Shown here piece after piece: positions 34,615 through 44,015 of a DNA stretch of 64,000 bases. Made by a program: the position numbers and the translations under genes. The notes beneath the pieces were generated by a model that was not told the origin of the DNA, ran no database searches, and saw only the letters and a program-made list of their open reading frames with translations. The first letter of the stretch is position 1. Every line of letters starts with the position of its first letter. Source of the DNA: Telluria sp. (GTDB taxonomy: Bacteria; Pseudomonadota; Gammaproteobacteria; Burkholderiales; Burkholderiaceae_D); contig DASVVC010000015.1 of NCBI GenBank assembly GCA_036386755.1, positions 5,960 to 69,959 on the forward strand. The letters run 5' to 3'.

Positions 34615-36486
34615 TTAGGCGTACACCGGCGCGGCGCACTTCTCGAAGCGGAACTTGCGGATTCCCACCTTGCCCGTGCCTGCGCTCGCGCCGGCGGCAC
34701 CCGCTCGCACCCGCATGGCGAAGGAGGTCACCCCTGGAAGAATCTCCATCGGCTCCGACCGATGGTGCAGAACCGGCGCTTCCGTGGTGAAGTTTGCGAC
34801 GTTCTGGGACGTCTGCAGCAGATACGCCGACTGAAGATTTCCATTGGTAACCGCGTACACGTTGAAGATATTGAGCCCAGCCCCGGACGTGGTCAGCACC
34901 ACCGTCTCGCAAGCAAACTGCACGTAATCGCCTACGGCGACGCCGGCAGGCAACGGCACGCTCTGCGAAAGCTCGTTGTAATCGCCTGCGGTCGCGCCAG
35001 ATACATCCATCGTCCAGAAATCGATGCCGCCGTCAGCCGCCGCAACAAATGCGGTGGTGCACAGCTGCGTTGACCCGGCGCGATTGAGCGACCAGCTATC
35101 GGGCGCTGTGCCGGTGATGCCGGTGCCCGGAACTGCGCCGGCAGTGCCACGCAGGGTCGGGTTCAAATTCAGCGAGCCCAGCTGCAGCGTCGAATCCCAC
35201 GTGGCCACCGTACCCCGGTCGCCAGGCTCGATTGCATAATCCTTTGCGATGGCGTCGGCGATCCCCTTTCCTGCCCAATACGCGCCGAATGGCTTGAGGT
35301 GCAGGTTGTCGGCTTGGTACGCACCCGGCCTGCCACCCGCGCCGCTACCGATAACATATGCATTGGGCGCGATCAGCTTGTCGAACGAGCTGACGAACCG
35401 GACGTTTTTCTTCGTTGCGCAGTATTTTTTGATCGCCTCCGACACCAAGGCCAGATTGCGAACAATGGCCGGCGTGGCAAGGATGTCCGGGAAAATTTCG
35501 TTTACATAGACGAAGCGCGCTTTGCTGGCCGCGAAATCGATGATGCTCTTGAGGTTGGCGATCGTTGCGACACATGCTGCGCTCGTTGTCGGCAGATCGT
35601 TCACGCCAGCAGTGATGACGGCGACCTCCGTGCCCAGCTGGAACGCCTGGGGCAAAAACTTAAGAATATCCCCTGTAGTCGCGCCGGCAATTGCGCATGC
35701 TTCGTAGCTGCTGAACGTATCGCCCAGCATGCCAGCGATGTATGCGGCAAAACCGGTCAGATTGTAGTCGTTGATCACAGGCGTTCCAGCCGTCTGCACG
35801 GCGCTGCTGGCGTTGAGCACTGGCGCCGTAGCGCCTCGCACAACAACAGTGATGCCGTGGCGTGTCAGCGTCCCGCTCTCTAGGTAGAACCACCCACCGG
35901 TGCTCACATCGACAGCTGGCCCTGCGGTATCGCCTGCAAACGCCCATGAAAGACGTCCTTGTGCATCACTCGCCAGCGTGCCTGCGTTCGCGAGGGCGAC
36001 CCCACCGTTGGCCCGGCCATCAACCATTCCGTAGGCGATCCAGGTCAGGCCGCCGAAATTCGCAGGCGTCGTGACCGTGGTTGTAGCGAATTGGAACTGG
36101 GCATTCCGGTCACAGCGCCCCGGCTGTCCATGAAGGCTGAGCGAATCCCCGCATACTACGAGGCGCCCACGCGGGATTATCCTACCCAGAGTCAAGGGCG
36201 TGAATAGCGGGCCCGACGCATCATAGGTGACAGCAGCCGGGGCATCCACAGTGGCCAGGATTGCCCCTACAGAGCAAGTGATCAAGAATTTTTCCGAGTT
36301 CGGGAATGGGCCAATTGGCTCACTCGGACTAGAACTGATCTGATACGACTGGACCGAGTTCGTGCCCCCCAGAATTTGATTCAAGCGATATGCCACGCCG
36401 CTGGCGCCAACCATCCCGACAATGGAAATTACTTGCCCCTTTGGTACTAAAATCGTGCTCTGCTGGCCGGCGGCGATTGTGGTCAT
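34615..36486 (-). CDS. Virion-module protein with central SGNH/GDSL hydrolase domain
   Basis: Block I VVCGDSLS, block III ITAGVNDL, block V ADNLHL. Beta-rich N- and C-terminal domains. Its own upstream terminator. Confidence 0.7.
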   Translation of the reverse strand: MTTIAAGQQSTILVPKGQVISIVGMVGASGVAYRLNQILGGTNSVQSYQISSSPSEPIGPFPNSEKFLITCSVGAILATVDAPAAVTYDASGPLFTPLTLGRIIPRGRLVVCGDSLSLHGQPGRCDRNAQFQFATTTVTTPANFGGLTWIAYGMVDGRANGGVALANAGTLASDAQGRLSWAFAGDTAGPAVDVSTGGWFYLESGTLTRHGITVVVRGATAPVLNASSAVQTAGTPVINDYNLTGFAAYIAGMLGDTFSSYEACAIAGATTGDILKFLPQAFQLGTEVAVITAGVNDLPTTSAACVATIANLKSIIDFAASKARFVYVNEIFPDILATPAIVRNLALVSEAIKKYCATKKNVRFVSSFDKLIAPNAYVIGSGAGGRPGAYQADNLHLKPFGAYWAGKGIADAIAKDYAIEPGDRGTVATWDSTLQLGSLNLNPTLRGTAGAVPGTGITGTAPDSWSLNRAGSTQLCTTAFVAAADGGIDFWTMDVSGATAGDYNELSQSVPLPAGVAVGDYVQFACETVVLTTSGAGLNIFNVYAVTNGNLQSAYLLQTSQNVANFTTEAPVLHHRSEPMEILPGVTSFAMRVRAGAAGASAGTGKVGIRKFRFEKCAAPVYA

Positions 36487-36506
36487 GTTTTACCTTGTAT
36501 GGACGT

Positions 36507-36529
36507 AAAAAAGCCCGCGCACGGCGGGC
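36507..36529 (-). terminator. Rho-independent terminator
   Basis: Minus strand: GCCCGCC-gtgc-GCGGGC followed by TTTTTT. Confidence 0.7.
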
Positions 36530-36555
36530 AGGTACTGGTGCTGACGTGAATCGTG

Positions 36556-36936
36556 TTACTCGTGTTTGCTGGCCTTCATCCTCATTGGGGCGGCGCCTTC
36601 GGCCTGCTTTGCGGCTTCAGCGCGCAGGCGCTGTGCTTCGATTTCCTGGGCTGCGGCCTGCTTATCCAGGTTGGCGGCTTTGGCATCGAGGTCGGCTTGC
36701 AGCTTCTGGATGTGAGTCAACTGATCCGCCGCATTGCGCGCATCGGTAGCGGCACGGCGTTCCAGCTCTTCGTGCGCCGCCAGCAGTTCTTCCTTGGTGG
36801 GGACGCGCTCGCCCAGCGCTGCTTGGTCGTTGTCGTCGCCGTACAGCTCATGCACTTGCGGATTGAAGTCGGCACGGTTGATCACGACGAACGGGCCTTG
36901 GCTGCGCGGGTCGGTCGATTTGATTTTGAAGGTCAT
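36556..36936 (-). CDS. Hypothetical coiled-coil protein after the coat gene (decoration/accessory?)
   Basis: Start MTFKIKSTDPRSQGPF. C-terminal half is a charged coiled coil. Confidence 0.5.
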   Translation of the reverse strand: MTFKIKSTDPRSQGPFVVINRADFNPQVHELYGDDNDQAALGERVPTKEELLAAHEELERRAATDARNAADQLTHIQKLQADLDAKAANLDKQAAAQEIEAQRLRAEAAKQAEGAAPMRMKASKHE

Positions 36937-36996
36937 GGTGTTCTCGTGGTATAGCCCGGGCACGCCGAAGCGCGCGCCGGGCCGGGTTCAGTTCGA

Positions 36997-38328
36997 TTAG
37001 CCCAGCAGGATGCCGATGTGCTCGTCTTTCGCAGCGCCGACGCCCCAGACCAGCGCGACTTCGAGCTGCACCTGGCGGTACTGCATGTACATGCTGATCT
37101 CGAACGACAGGCCCGAGACCGGGTCAGTCACGATGGTGCGGTCGACCGCCGAATCGCCTTGCGCCGGCAGCGCCGGTACACGGGTCGCCAGCACGATGGA
37201 CGAGCGAGCGAAGAACATGTTGCGGTTGCCGACGTTCGCCACGGCGATGGCGGTAGCTGCGGCCGGGATGGCTTGCATCAGGCCAGGTGCCGCGATGGTA
37301 ATGGTGCCGGCATCAGCCGTGCTGGCATCGCCGCTCGACACCACGTACTGGTTGGTGTCGCCTGCGAACGTGATGACATCGCCAGCGATCAGCGAACCGG
37401 TACCGGCTGCAGCCAGGGTGATTACCGTTGCACCGAAGGCGTAGCCCGCCGCGTTGGTGGTCGCGCCGGCCGCAGTGCCTTTCGCTGGGCGCTTGATCTG
37501 TCCGGACTGGCGCAGCGCGAAGTTCTGCAGGCGATCGGTGATGCCGTTGCGCAGCATGTCTTCACGGCCGGACTCGTTCACCTTGAACAGGCCCGACTGC
37601 TTGCCGCGCATGTTCTGCATCGCGGCGCTGCCCAGAACCAACTGGAAGTCCAGGCCGGCGGCGCCGTTGTCTTCGAGGATGCGCAATGCGCCAGCGGTGT
37701 CGCTCAGGTCGTTTGCGGTGCCGAACGGCGCGGTGCCGGGCGTACCGTAAGCGCGCGATGCTTTGACGTGCAGGCCAGCCAGGTCGGACTCGACTTCGTT
37801 GCACAGCGTGCGCATCGCTTGGGCGATCTGGTCGCGCAGGATGACGTTGTAGCTGGCGCCATTGTTGTCGAGGGCGAGCTTTTCTTCGCCGTTCCAGCGG
37901 ATCGGAACGCGGCGCGCCTTGGTGATCGTCACCGACTTGTTGCCGATGTTCTGGTCGCCATCATTCGGCGGCGTCACGGCTGGGGTAATGTCCGAGGCGG
38001 TTGCTGCTGGCGCGACTGGCGACGTCACGACCTGGCCGACGGCCGCACGGGCGAAAGTCATGTCGGAAGTCACCGCCGGGATCATGCCAACCTGCTCGCG
38101 CGACACGACGTCCATCGCGTTGTAGATCGAGGTGATCAGGCCGGTCAGGGTGTTCGCGCCCAGCGCCATGCCGGTGCTGACCGAATAGCTCCACAGGTGG
38201 GCGAGCACGAAATCCGCCGCGCTACGGGTGACGTGCTCGGCTTTGCAGGCCACGGCGGTCGCCGCTTGGACTGCCGAGCTGGTAGCCATGGCGGCGAGTG
38301 CCAGGACGATCATGAAAATCTTTTTCAT
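36997..38328 (-). CDS. Major capsid protein, P22-coat-like; possible alternative start at 38169
   Basis: AGDVITFAGDTNQYVV and NRNMFFARSSIVLATRVPALP resemble P22-type coat proteins. In-frame N-terminal extension MKKIFMIVLALAAMATSSAVQA. Confidence 0.7.
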   Translation of the reverse strand: MKKIFMIVLALAAMATSSAVQAATAVACKAEHVTRSAADFVLAHLWSYSVSTGMALGANTLTGLITSIYNAMDVVSREQVGMIPAVTSDMTFARAAVGQVVTSPVAPAATASDITPAVTPPNDGDQNIGNKSVTITKARRVPIRWNGEEKLALDNNGASYNVILRDQIAQAMRTLCNEVESDLAGLHVKASRAYGTPGTAPFGTANDLSDTAGALRILEDNGAAGLDFQLVLGSAAMQNMRGKQSGLFKVNESGREDMLRNGITDRLQNFALRQSGQIKRPAKGTAAGATTNAAGYAFGATVITLAAAGTGSLIAGDVITFAGDTNQYVVSSGDASTADAGTITIAAPGLMQAIPAAATAIAVANVGNRNMFFARSSIVLATRVPALPAQGDSAVDRTIVTDPVSGLSFEISMYMQYRQVQLEVALVWGVGAAKDEHIGILLG

Positions 38329-38441
38329 TTGGGTATTGCCTTTTAAGTGAGTGATTTGAGTTTTCGAACAGACAGGCCATCCAGCCCAAAGCACCACTTC
38401 CCATCCAGGTTGCGGCTATTGCGATACGGTGAAACGGATAC

Positions 38442-38464
38442 AAAAAAGCCCGCACGCGGCGGGC
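38442..38464 (-). terminator. Rho-independent terminator between scaffold and coat
   Basis: Minus strand: GCCCGCC-gcgt-GCGGGC followed by TTTTTT. Confidence 0.7.
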
Positions 38465-38485
38465 TTCATACGGTGTTGCAGGTAA

Positions 38486-39298
38486 TCAGTCGACGAGTAC
38501 GGCGCCGCCGCTCATCAGTCCGGCGCGCGCGGAAGGGTCGGCCGCATCGAACTGGGCGCGAGTGACTTGCTTGGTGCCAGCAGCACCGCCGCTACCGCCC
38601 TGGGCGCCGCCGCCGGAAGCGCCGGAGCTCGCCAGGATCTTTTCCTTGAATGGGCAAGCGGCTACCAACTGCGCCAAACCCTCGTCGAAGTCAGCGATCT
38701 CGCCTGGGCGGGTAGGCGAAAAGATTTTGTTGCCGGCCGCATCATACGGAACCATCTTGCCGTCCTCGACCTTGAAGTTGTTGCCGAAGTACGCGCGCGC
38801 CATTTCCGGTGGGATCGCCAAGCGGCTTGGGTGCTTAGCTTCTTCGGAGAACAGTTTCGAACTCGTGAAGCCTCCGCCGATCATGTGGTTGTTCAGTTCC
38901 TGCGTGCGCTTTTCCAGCTGGGCGGTCAGATCCTGCAGTTGGGTCGCACTGGTCTTCGCTTGCGCGGCAACCTGGTCCTGGGCAGTCTTCGCCGCAGCAT
39001 CCTGGATTTCCTTGACCTGAGCGGCGGTCTTGAGCTCGCCCGAGCTGAGGCTCTTCACGGTGTTCAACGCCGCCAGCGCAGCGACGCCATCATCAATGCC
39101 TTCGAAGGTCTTCAGCTTTGCTTCGGCAGCCTCCTTACCTTCGCGGTGCGTCTTCGCCTCGCCGTTCAGCCGTGTGATCGTGCCCAGCGTGGTATCTGCG
39201 TCAAATGGCGCTTCAGTACCGTTGGGGTGGATGAAAATCGGCAACTTCTTATCGGCGTCGATTGCGATGGTTCCGTCTGCATTGAATTTGAATGGCAT
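38486..39298 (-). CDS. Scaffolding protein
   Basis: Start MPFKFNADGT. Long central coiled coil and a Gly-rich C-terminus. Immediately upstream of the coat gene. Confidence 0.6.
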   Translation of the reverse strand: MPFKFNADGTIAIDADKKLPIFIHPNGTEAPFDADTTLGTITRLNGEAKTHREGKEAAEAKLKTFEGIDDGVAALAALNTVKSLSSGELKTAAQVKEIQDAAAKTAQDQVAAQAKTSATQLQDLTAQLEKRTQELNNHMIGGGFTSSKLFSEEAKHPSRLAIPPEMARAYFGNNFKVEDGKMVPYDAAGNKIFSPTRPGEIADFDEGLAQLVAACPFKEKILASSGASGGGAQGGSGGAAGTKQVTRAQFDAADPSARAGLMSGGAVLVD

Positions 39299-39432
39299 GG
39301 TCTGGACTTTCTGGGCATCCGCCCGTTTAAATGGCCTTCCGGCCGTGCGCCGCGTCGCGTCCGCTAGCGGCAATGAAAAAGGCCACCTAGTCGCCCGGGT
39401 GTCCTCGTGAAATTGTTGCCCGGCGTGCCGGG

Positions 39433-39843
39433 TCAGGGATATAGGTTGCGCAGGCGCTCGGCCCGCTCGATGTCCAGCCGGTGGGCCGACATCTTGTCGA
39501 GTGCCGAGGCCAGGGCCGGCGCATGCCCACCGCGCGCGGCGTAGTCGTCTGCCTCGAACTCCAGCCGGCGGTGACGTGCGACGCTGATCGACACGAAGCA
39601 GCAGGTCAGCGCCAGGTTGGTCCAGATATGCAGGTGGCGCCGGTGTCCGCGCTCATGTTCGAGCACTGCGACGACTTCTGCCGGCGTCAGCACTTGGCCC
39701 AGCCAGGCCGGCATCACTATCTTGAAGCCGTTGAAGCACGGTTGGTTCGGGCGTACAAGCAGTGCAGCCAGGATCAAGGCGGCCAAGTTGGCGCCCGCCC
39801 AGGCGGCCCACGCAACGGCGAGTATGGTCAGCACATAGGGCAT
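39433..39843 (-). CDS. Minimal membrane-anchored M48/M56-like zinc metalloprotease
   Basis: N-terminal TM. VVAVLEHERGHRRHLH (HExxH) and downstream EFEADDYAA are the family pattern. Preceded by its own terminator. Confidence 0.65.
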   Translation of the reverse strand: MPYVLTILAVAWAAWAGANLAALILAALLVRPNQPCFNGFKIVMPAWLGQVLTPAEVVAVLEHERGHRRHLHIWTNLALTCCFVSISVARHRRLEFEADDYAARGGHAPALASALDKMSAHRLDIERAERLRNLYP

Positions 39844-39860
39844 TCAGCTACTCCGGGCGT

Positions 39861-39884
39861 AAAAAAAGCCCGCCGAAGCGAGCT
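39861..39884 (-). terminator. Rho-independent terminator
   Basis: Minus strand: AGCTCGC-ttcg-GCGGGCT followed by TTTTTTT. Confidence 0.7.
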
Positions 39885-39911
39885 AGAATAATTTTGGGAA
39901 TAATTTGTCGT

Positions 39912-40127
39912 CTATTTATGCGTTACGACAAAATGCGCCGGCACCTCGCCATGTGCCACCAGATCAACCACAGTTACCGCCCGCCCGTCAGGCAGCGCAA
40001 CCAGCGCGCCACCCATGCCGATCGCTGATATCTGCGCCAGCTTGGCTGCCAGGTCGTCGATGGTCATGGGTTTAGGTGGCGCCAGCGGCGTCGGCGATTT
40101 CAGCAGGGATTTCGGATCGAAGGTCAT
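39912..40127 (-). CDS. Hypothetical small protein
   Basis: 71-aa ORF in the operon. Confidence 0.45.
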   Translation of the reverse strand: MTFDPKSLLKSPTPLAPPKPMTIDDLAAKLAQISAIGMGGALVALPDGRAVTVVDLVAHGEVPAHFVVTHK

Positions 40128-40141
40128 TCGCCGATTCTACC

Positions 40142-41197
40142 CTACTGCGAATACATCTCCTTGAGGGCAGACAGCTTCAGCGGCCGACCGTCCATGTTGA
40201 CCAGGTCGCGCGGCGTCAGCTTGCCCTCGCGGAACAGCGCAGCGCGGCCCGGGCCAAGCACCTCGTTCTGGTAGTCGGCGCCCTTCATGGTCAGGTACTC
40301 GGCAAACGTCGTCTTGGCTGAAATCGGCCCGCTTGACGATGCACGCGTGCCCTCTGCCGGCTCGTCCAGGTCGATGCCCATCTCGCGGAACGTCTTCATC
40401 ACCGCGATTTCGGTCGACCTGCAGTTGAAGTGCCGGGGCACGCCACCGTTGTACGGAAGATCGTTCTCGCCCATCGGCTCGTAGTCCAGATCCCACTGCG
40501 CGCCGCTGTAGGCGATGCACATCGGGCTGGTGTGCCCGTCCATCGTCGATACCTGCTCAATGCCCGTCATCAGGTCTGCATTCAGCTGGAACGTGGCGCG
40601 GCGCGCCTCGGCGGCCACGGTCTGCATGCTGGTCTGGACGATCGCCGCTACGTTCGCGCGGGCTTTGGATATCACGCCGGGGAACTCGTCGGTGCCGATC
40701 ACGCGCGCAACGATCTGCGCGTTCGTTTCGCCCTGCGCGGCACCGATGCGTATCTGGGTCGCCAACTTGAACGCGGTGTCCTGCTGCTGGCGCAACCACC
40801 AAGCCTTCGCCGGCGAGCCCTGCACCAGGGTGTCGCTGACCAGCGTGCGCAAGTAGCCCTCGGTCGGCATGCCCACGCCAAGACGGCCTTCGATCACGGT
40901 CGACAGCGCGGACCGCACGCCAAGCGCCTCGACCTCGGCAACCGCGCCCAGGTCGACCACCAGCTGGGCCCGGCCGTAGTAGTCAGCGATCAACACATTT
41001 GATTCGCGCAGCAAGGCATTCTTGCCCGCCTTGCCCAGCTCGGACAGCGCTGGCGCATTGGCCAGCACGCCGACCACGTCCTTCTGCAGCAGGATCAGCA
41101 GCGCGAGCACCTTGGCCTTGATTCGAGCCTCGGCGCGCAGCATCAGGACGTTGTGCTCGATGAGCAAGTCCATCAACCACTGCTCAAGCGCGCTCAT
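40142..41197 (-). CDS. Head morphogenesis protein (SPP1 gp7 / Mu F-like)
   Basis: DGHTSPMCIAYSGAQWD...GGVPRHFNCRSTE motif. Follows the portal with ATGA overlap. Confidence 0.8.
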   Translation of the reverse strand: MSALEQWLMDLLIEHNVLMLRAEARIKAKVLALLILLQKDVVGVLANAPALSELGKAGKNALLRESNVLIADYYGRAQLVVDLGAVAEVEALGVRSALSTVIEGRLGVGMPTEGYLRTLVSDTLVQGSPAKAWWLRQQQDTAFKLATQIRIGAAQGETNAQIVARVIGTDEFPGVISKARANVAAIVQTSMQTVAAEARRATFQLNADLMTGIEQVSTMDGHTSPMCIAYSGAQWDLDYEPMGENDLPYNGGVPRHFNCRSTEIAVMKTFREMGIDLDEPAEGTRASSSGPISAKTTFAEYLTMKGADYQNEVLGPGRAALFREGKLTPRDLVNMDGRPLKLSALKEMYSQ

Positions 41198-42636
41198 GCT
41201 GGCGGTACCGGATTAGGCTTGGTGCCCGGCTTCGTCGGCGCGGCTGGCATCAGGACATCGAACTCTGGCTTGTCGGCCTTCGCCTTGTCCTCCTCGATGC
41301 GCTTCTGCTCCTCGTCCCAGTCAAGATCGGGGGAGATGATGCCGCGGCGCTGCAGTTCGTTGAAATAGCTTTCGGCGGACAGCTTGCCCGACGTCGCACT
41401 CTTGAACAGCAGCTCTGCGCTGGCCTCAGCAAGGGTGGCGGCGCCGAAGTCTTTATAGATCGTGATGTGCCCGCCCTGGGCTTCGCTCCCCAACTCCGCC
41501 ACGTGCTGCAAGGCACGATCGCCGCTGTCCTCGATGTTCTGGGCGACCTTCTGCAGCGCGCACGCGCCTTGCTCGTTGTCGGCCAGGGTCTGCGATTCGG
41601 TCGTATTGCCAGGCTTGATCACCAGCAATTCGGCGCCGGCTTGGCGCATGCGATCTTCCAAGTCGAGGATGGATACCCGACCGGCCTCGATGGCCGCGCC
41701 GCTGTGCTCAACGAATTTCATATCGCCATCGGGACATTCCGACTTGACAGCGCTGCCGGCCCCGACAGTGATGGGGCTCTCGCCCAGCATCTTCGCAAAC
41801 AAGATCGGCACCCGCGCGACGTGCAGGATGTTCTGCTGATCCGACTTCGATTGCCAATGCTCGACGTTGGCATATGCCAGTTCGAGCAGCGCCGGTCGCG
41901 CCCGCATGAAGCCGAGACGATTGCCATAGACAGGCGTGAATGGGATTTCGGCCAGGGTGATAAGACCCTTTGCAAACGACACCCATTCTTTTTTCCCGCC
42001 GGCCTCGCGCTGGCGCCAGGTCTCCCAGCCGCCCCGACGCAGCACACGCACCTGCTCGACATCCTTTTTGGCGAACTCGCCATCCGGCACAGAGACCGAC
42101 TCCAGCAACCGCAGCTGCGTCAGGCCCGCAGCGTCGCTGAGCCAGCCGAGGATATTGCGCGGGTGAATATGCACCATGTACGGCCGCACGCCGGCTTTAT
42201 CTTCGTCCGCCTTGGTCACATAGAGTGGACGCCCCTCTTCGTCGCGCGTCGGCGGATAGTCCACCAAGATGCCACTGAAGCCGTAGCCCAGCGCCTCCTG
42301 CCCTACCTCAGCCAGGAAGGAATGCAGGTTGCGGCCCGCGCGGTCGATGTCCTCGCACCAGAGTTTCACACGCGCTGGAACGTCCTCGCCCAAGGTGACA
42401 GGCTTCGAGAATGGCTTGGCGCCCAGCACTTCGACGGTGCGAGCATAGGCAGGGAACAGCGTGGCCACAGCGAGGCGCAGCCTGTAGCTCTCATCATCCT
42501 CGTTGGGCCACTGAGGCATATAAGTCTTGCCGGCTGCCCGCATAGCGCAGGTGCCGCCCAGGAGTGCATCAATCAGGTCGCAATGCTGGTGCAGCGCAGC
42601 CGCCTCGTCAGAAATCTTGCGTACGGCGTCGGTCAT
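41194..42636 (-). CDS. Portal protein
   Basis: 480 aa directly after the large terminase. Start MTDAVRKISDEAAALHQH at 42636. Confidence 0.75.
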   Translation of the reverse strand: MTDAVRKISDEAAALHQHCDLIDALLGGTCAMRAAGKTYMPQWPNEDDESYRLRLAVATLFPAYARTVEVLGAKPFSKPVTLGEDVPARVKLWCEDIDRAGRNLHSFLAEVGQEALGYGFSGILVDYPPTRDEEGRPLYVTKADEDKAGVRPYMVHIHPRNILGWLSDAAGLTQLRLLESVSVPDGEFAKKDVEQVRVLRRGGWETWRQREAGGKKEWVSFAKGLITLAEIPFTPVYGNRLGFMRARPALLELAYANVEHWQSKSDQQNILHVARVPILFAKMLGESPITVGAGSAVKSECPDGDMKFVEHSGAAIEAGRVSILDLEDRMRQAGAELLVIKPGNTTESQTLADNEQGACALQKVAQNIEDSGDRALQHVAELGSEAQGGHITIYKDFGAATLAEASAELLFKSATSGKLSAESYFNELQRRGIISPDLDWDEEQKRIEEDKAKADKPEFDVLMPAAPTKPGTKPNPVPPA

Positions 42637-42650
42637 GGAAATCCTCGTTA

Positions 42651-44015
42651 TTACATGCGCAGCGGCGCTACTGTGGCGGCAGTCTTCGCCGACGGCCATT
42701 CGACATCGATGCAATAGCCGATCGCAGTGGTGATGTGCTGATACTTATTGGTTTGGTCTTCTTGAAAAGTCGAGCCCTTTTGCAGTTGGACGGTGGCTAA
42801 GCCCTTGTCGCACCATTTGGCGGTGGAAGGGTTCACGAACAGGGTTCGCGTGCCGTCGGCGGTGCAAACCTTGGCGCGCACCGCGTTCTGGCGGTCCTTG
42901 ATGGCGGGAGCCGCGTGCTTCACCTTGCGAGTAAAGGCCCATCCGCTCGCCTTGAGCACGCCCTCGATGTCGGTATAGTCCGATGCGTGCGCGTGCTTCT
43001 CGCCGGCTCGACCAGCGGGATCGCCGTAGATCAGGACATGCTTGTTTTTGTGTTCCTTGTACTTCTCGACAAACTCCATTGCCGACTGCTTCGATACCGC
43101 GCTGGTCAGCACGATCTCGTCCAGCAGGTAGAGGTCATGCAACACGGCGGCGCCGATCGCGCGCTCTTGCTGCGTCTGCTCGCGCACGCGCCGCACTGCA
43201 ATCGCCGACGACAGTGGCGTAAAGTTCTGATCGTGCATCCACATCAGCTGCTCGTGCGGCTCAATCGTCGCGTTCGTGTGATTGTTGAGGTCGTAGTCCT
43301 CGTAAATTCGCCCGGTGGCGCCCTCGAAGCTAGCCTCGTATTCCTGTTTGTACTGCTTGGCCGACATTTGGCGCTTCGCCGCGGCAATGGTCGACGCCGG
43401 CAGGATTTCCGAACTCTTCCAGTGGAAAACCTGCCAATCCGGGTCGTTTGCCGACTCGGCGTATTTGGCCATGTCGTAATAGTGGTTCAGACCATCCGGC
43501 ACGCCGATCAGCCAGCACCATGCGCGATAATCTGGCCGGGTCGGGTTGAACGTGTCCAGGGCCGGCCTGATGTTCGCCTCCCATGCTTCAGCCTTGATGT
43601 CGGCGATCTCGTCGATCACGCCACCCGACCAGAACACGCCCTCGATGCGTTGCGGCCGGTCCAGTCCGATCAAGTGGATCTCGGTGCCGTTGTCCATGAA
43701 GATGATCAGATCGGTCTCGGACGGCGCCTTGCTCTGCAAGCTGCACAGGCAAAGCTGCTTCATGTCCGCCCAATACATCTTCTTGACCTGGGTGTGCGTC
43801 GGTGCCGCAATGAAGTACCGCTCGGAGGCGTTCTTCATGGCCATCTTGGCGACAAAGCGCTTGGCGCGCTCAGTCTTGCCTGATCGACGCCCGGCAGGCA
43901 CCACCGGGAAGCGCACCCCATTAGCGACAGCGGCGACCAATGCGAGCTGCACCGGATGATCGACCAACTTATACCAGCGGGCCAACTCTCGCTGAGTTTG
44001 CAGACTGAGCGCCAT
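42651..44015 (-). CDS. Terminase large subunit
   Basis: Walker-A-like VPAGRRSGKT. Nuclease half with conserved acidic residues. Position after the small subunit. Confidence 0.85.
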   Translation of the reverse strand: MALSLQTQRELARWYKLVDHPVQLALVAAVANGVRFPVVPAGRRSGKTERAKRFVAKMAMKNASERYFIAAPTHTQVKKMYWADMKQLCLCSLQSKAPSETDLIIFMDNGTEIHLIGLDRPQRIEGVFWSGGVIDEIADIKAEAWEANIRPALDTFNPTRPDYRAWCWLIGVPDGLNHYYDMAKYAESANDPDWQVFHWKSSEILPASTIAAAKRQMSAKQYKQEYEASFEGATGRIYEDYDLNNHTNATIEPHEQLMWMHDQNFTPLSSAIAVRRVREQTQQERAIGAAVLHDLYLLDEIVLTSAVSKQSAMEFVEKYKEHKNKHVLIYGDPAGRAGEKHAHASDYTDIEGVLKASGWAFTRKVKHAAPAIKDRQNAVRAKVCTADGTRTLFVNPSTAKWCDKGLATVQLQKGSTFQEDQTNKYQHITTAIGYCIDVEWPSAKTAATVAPLRM

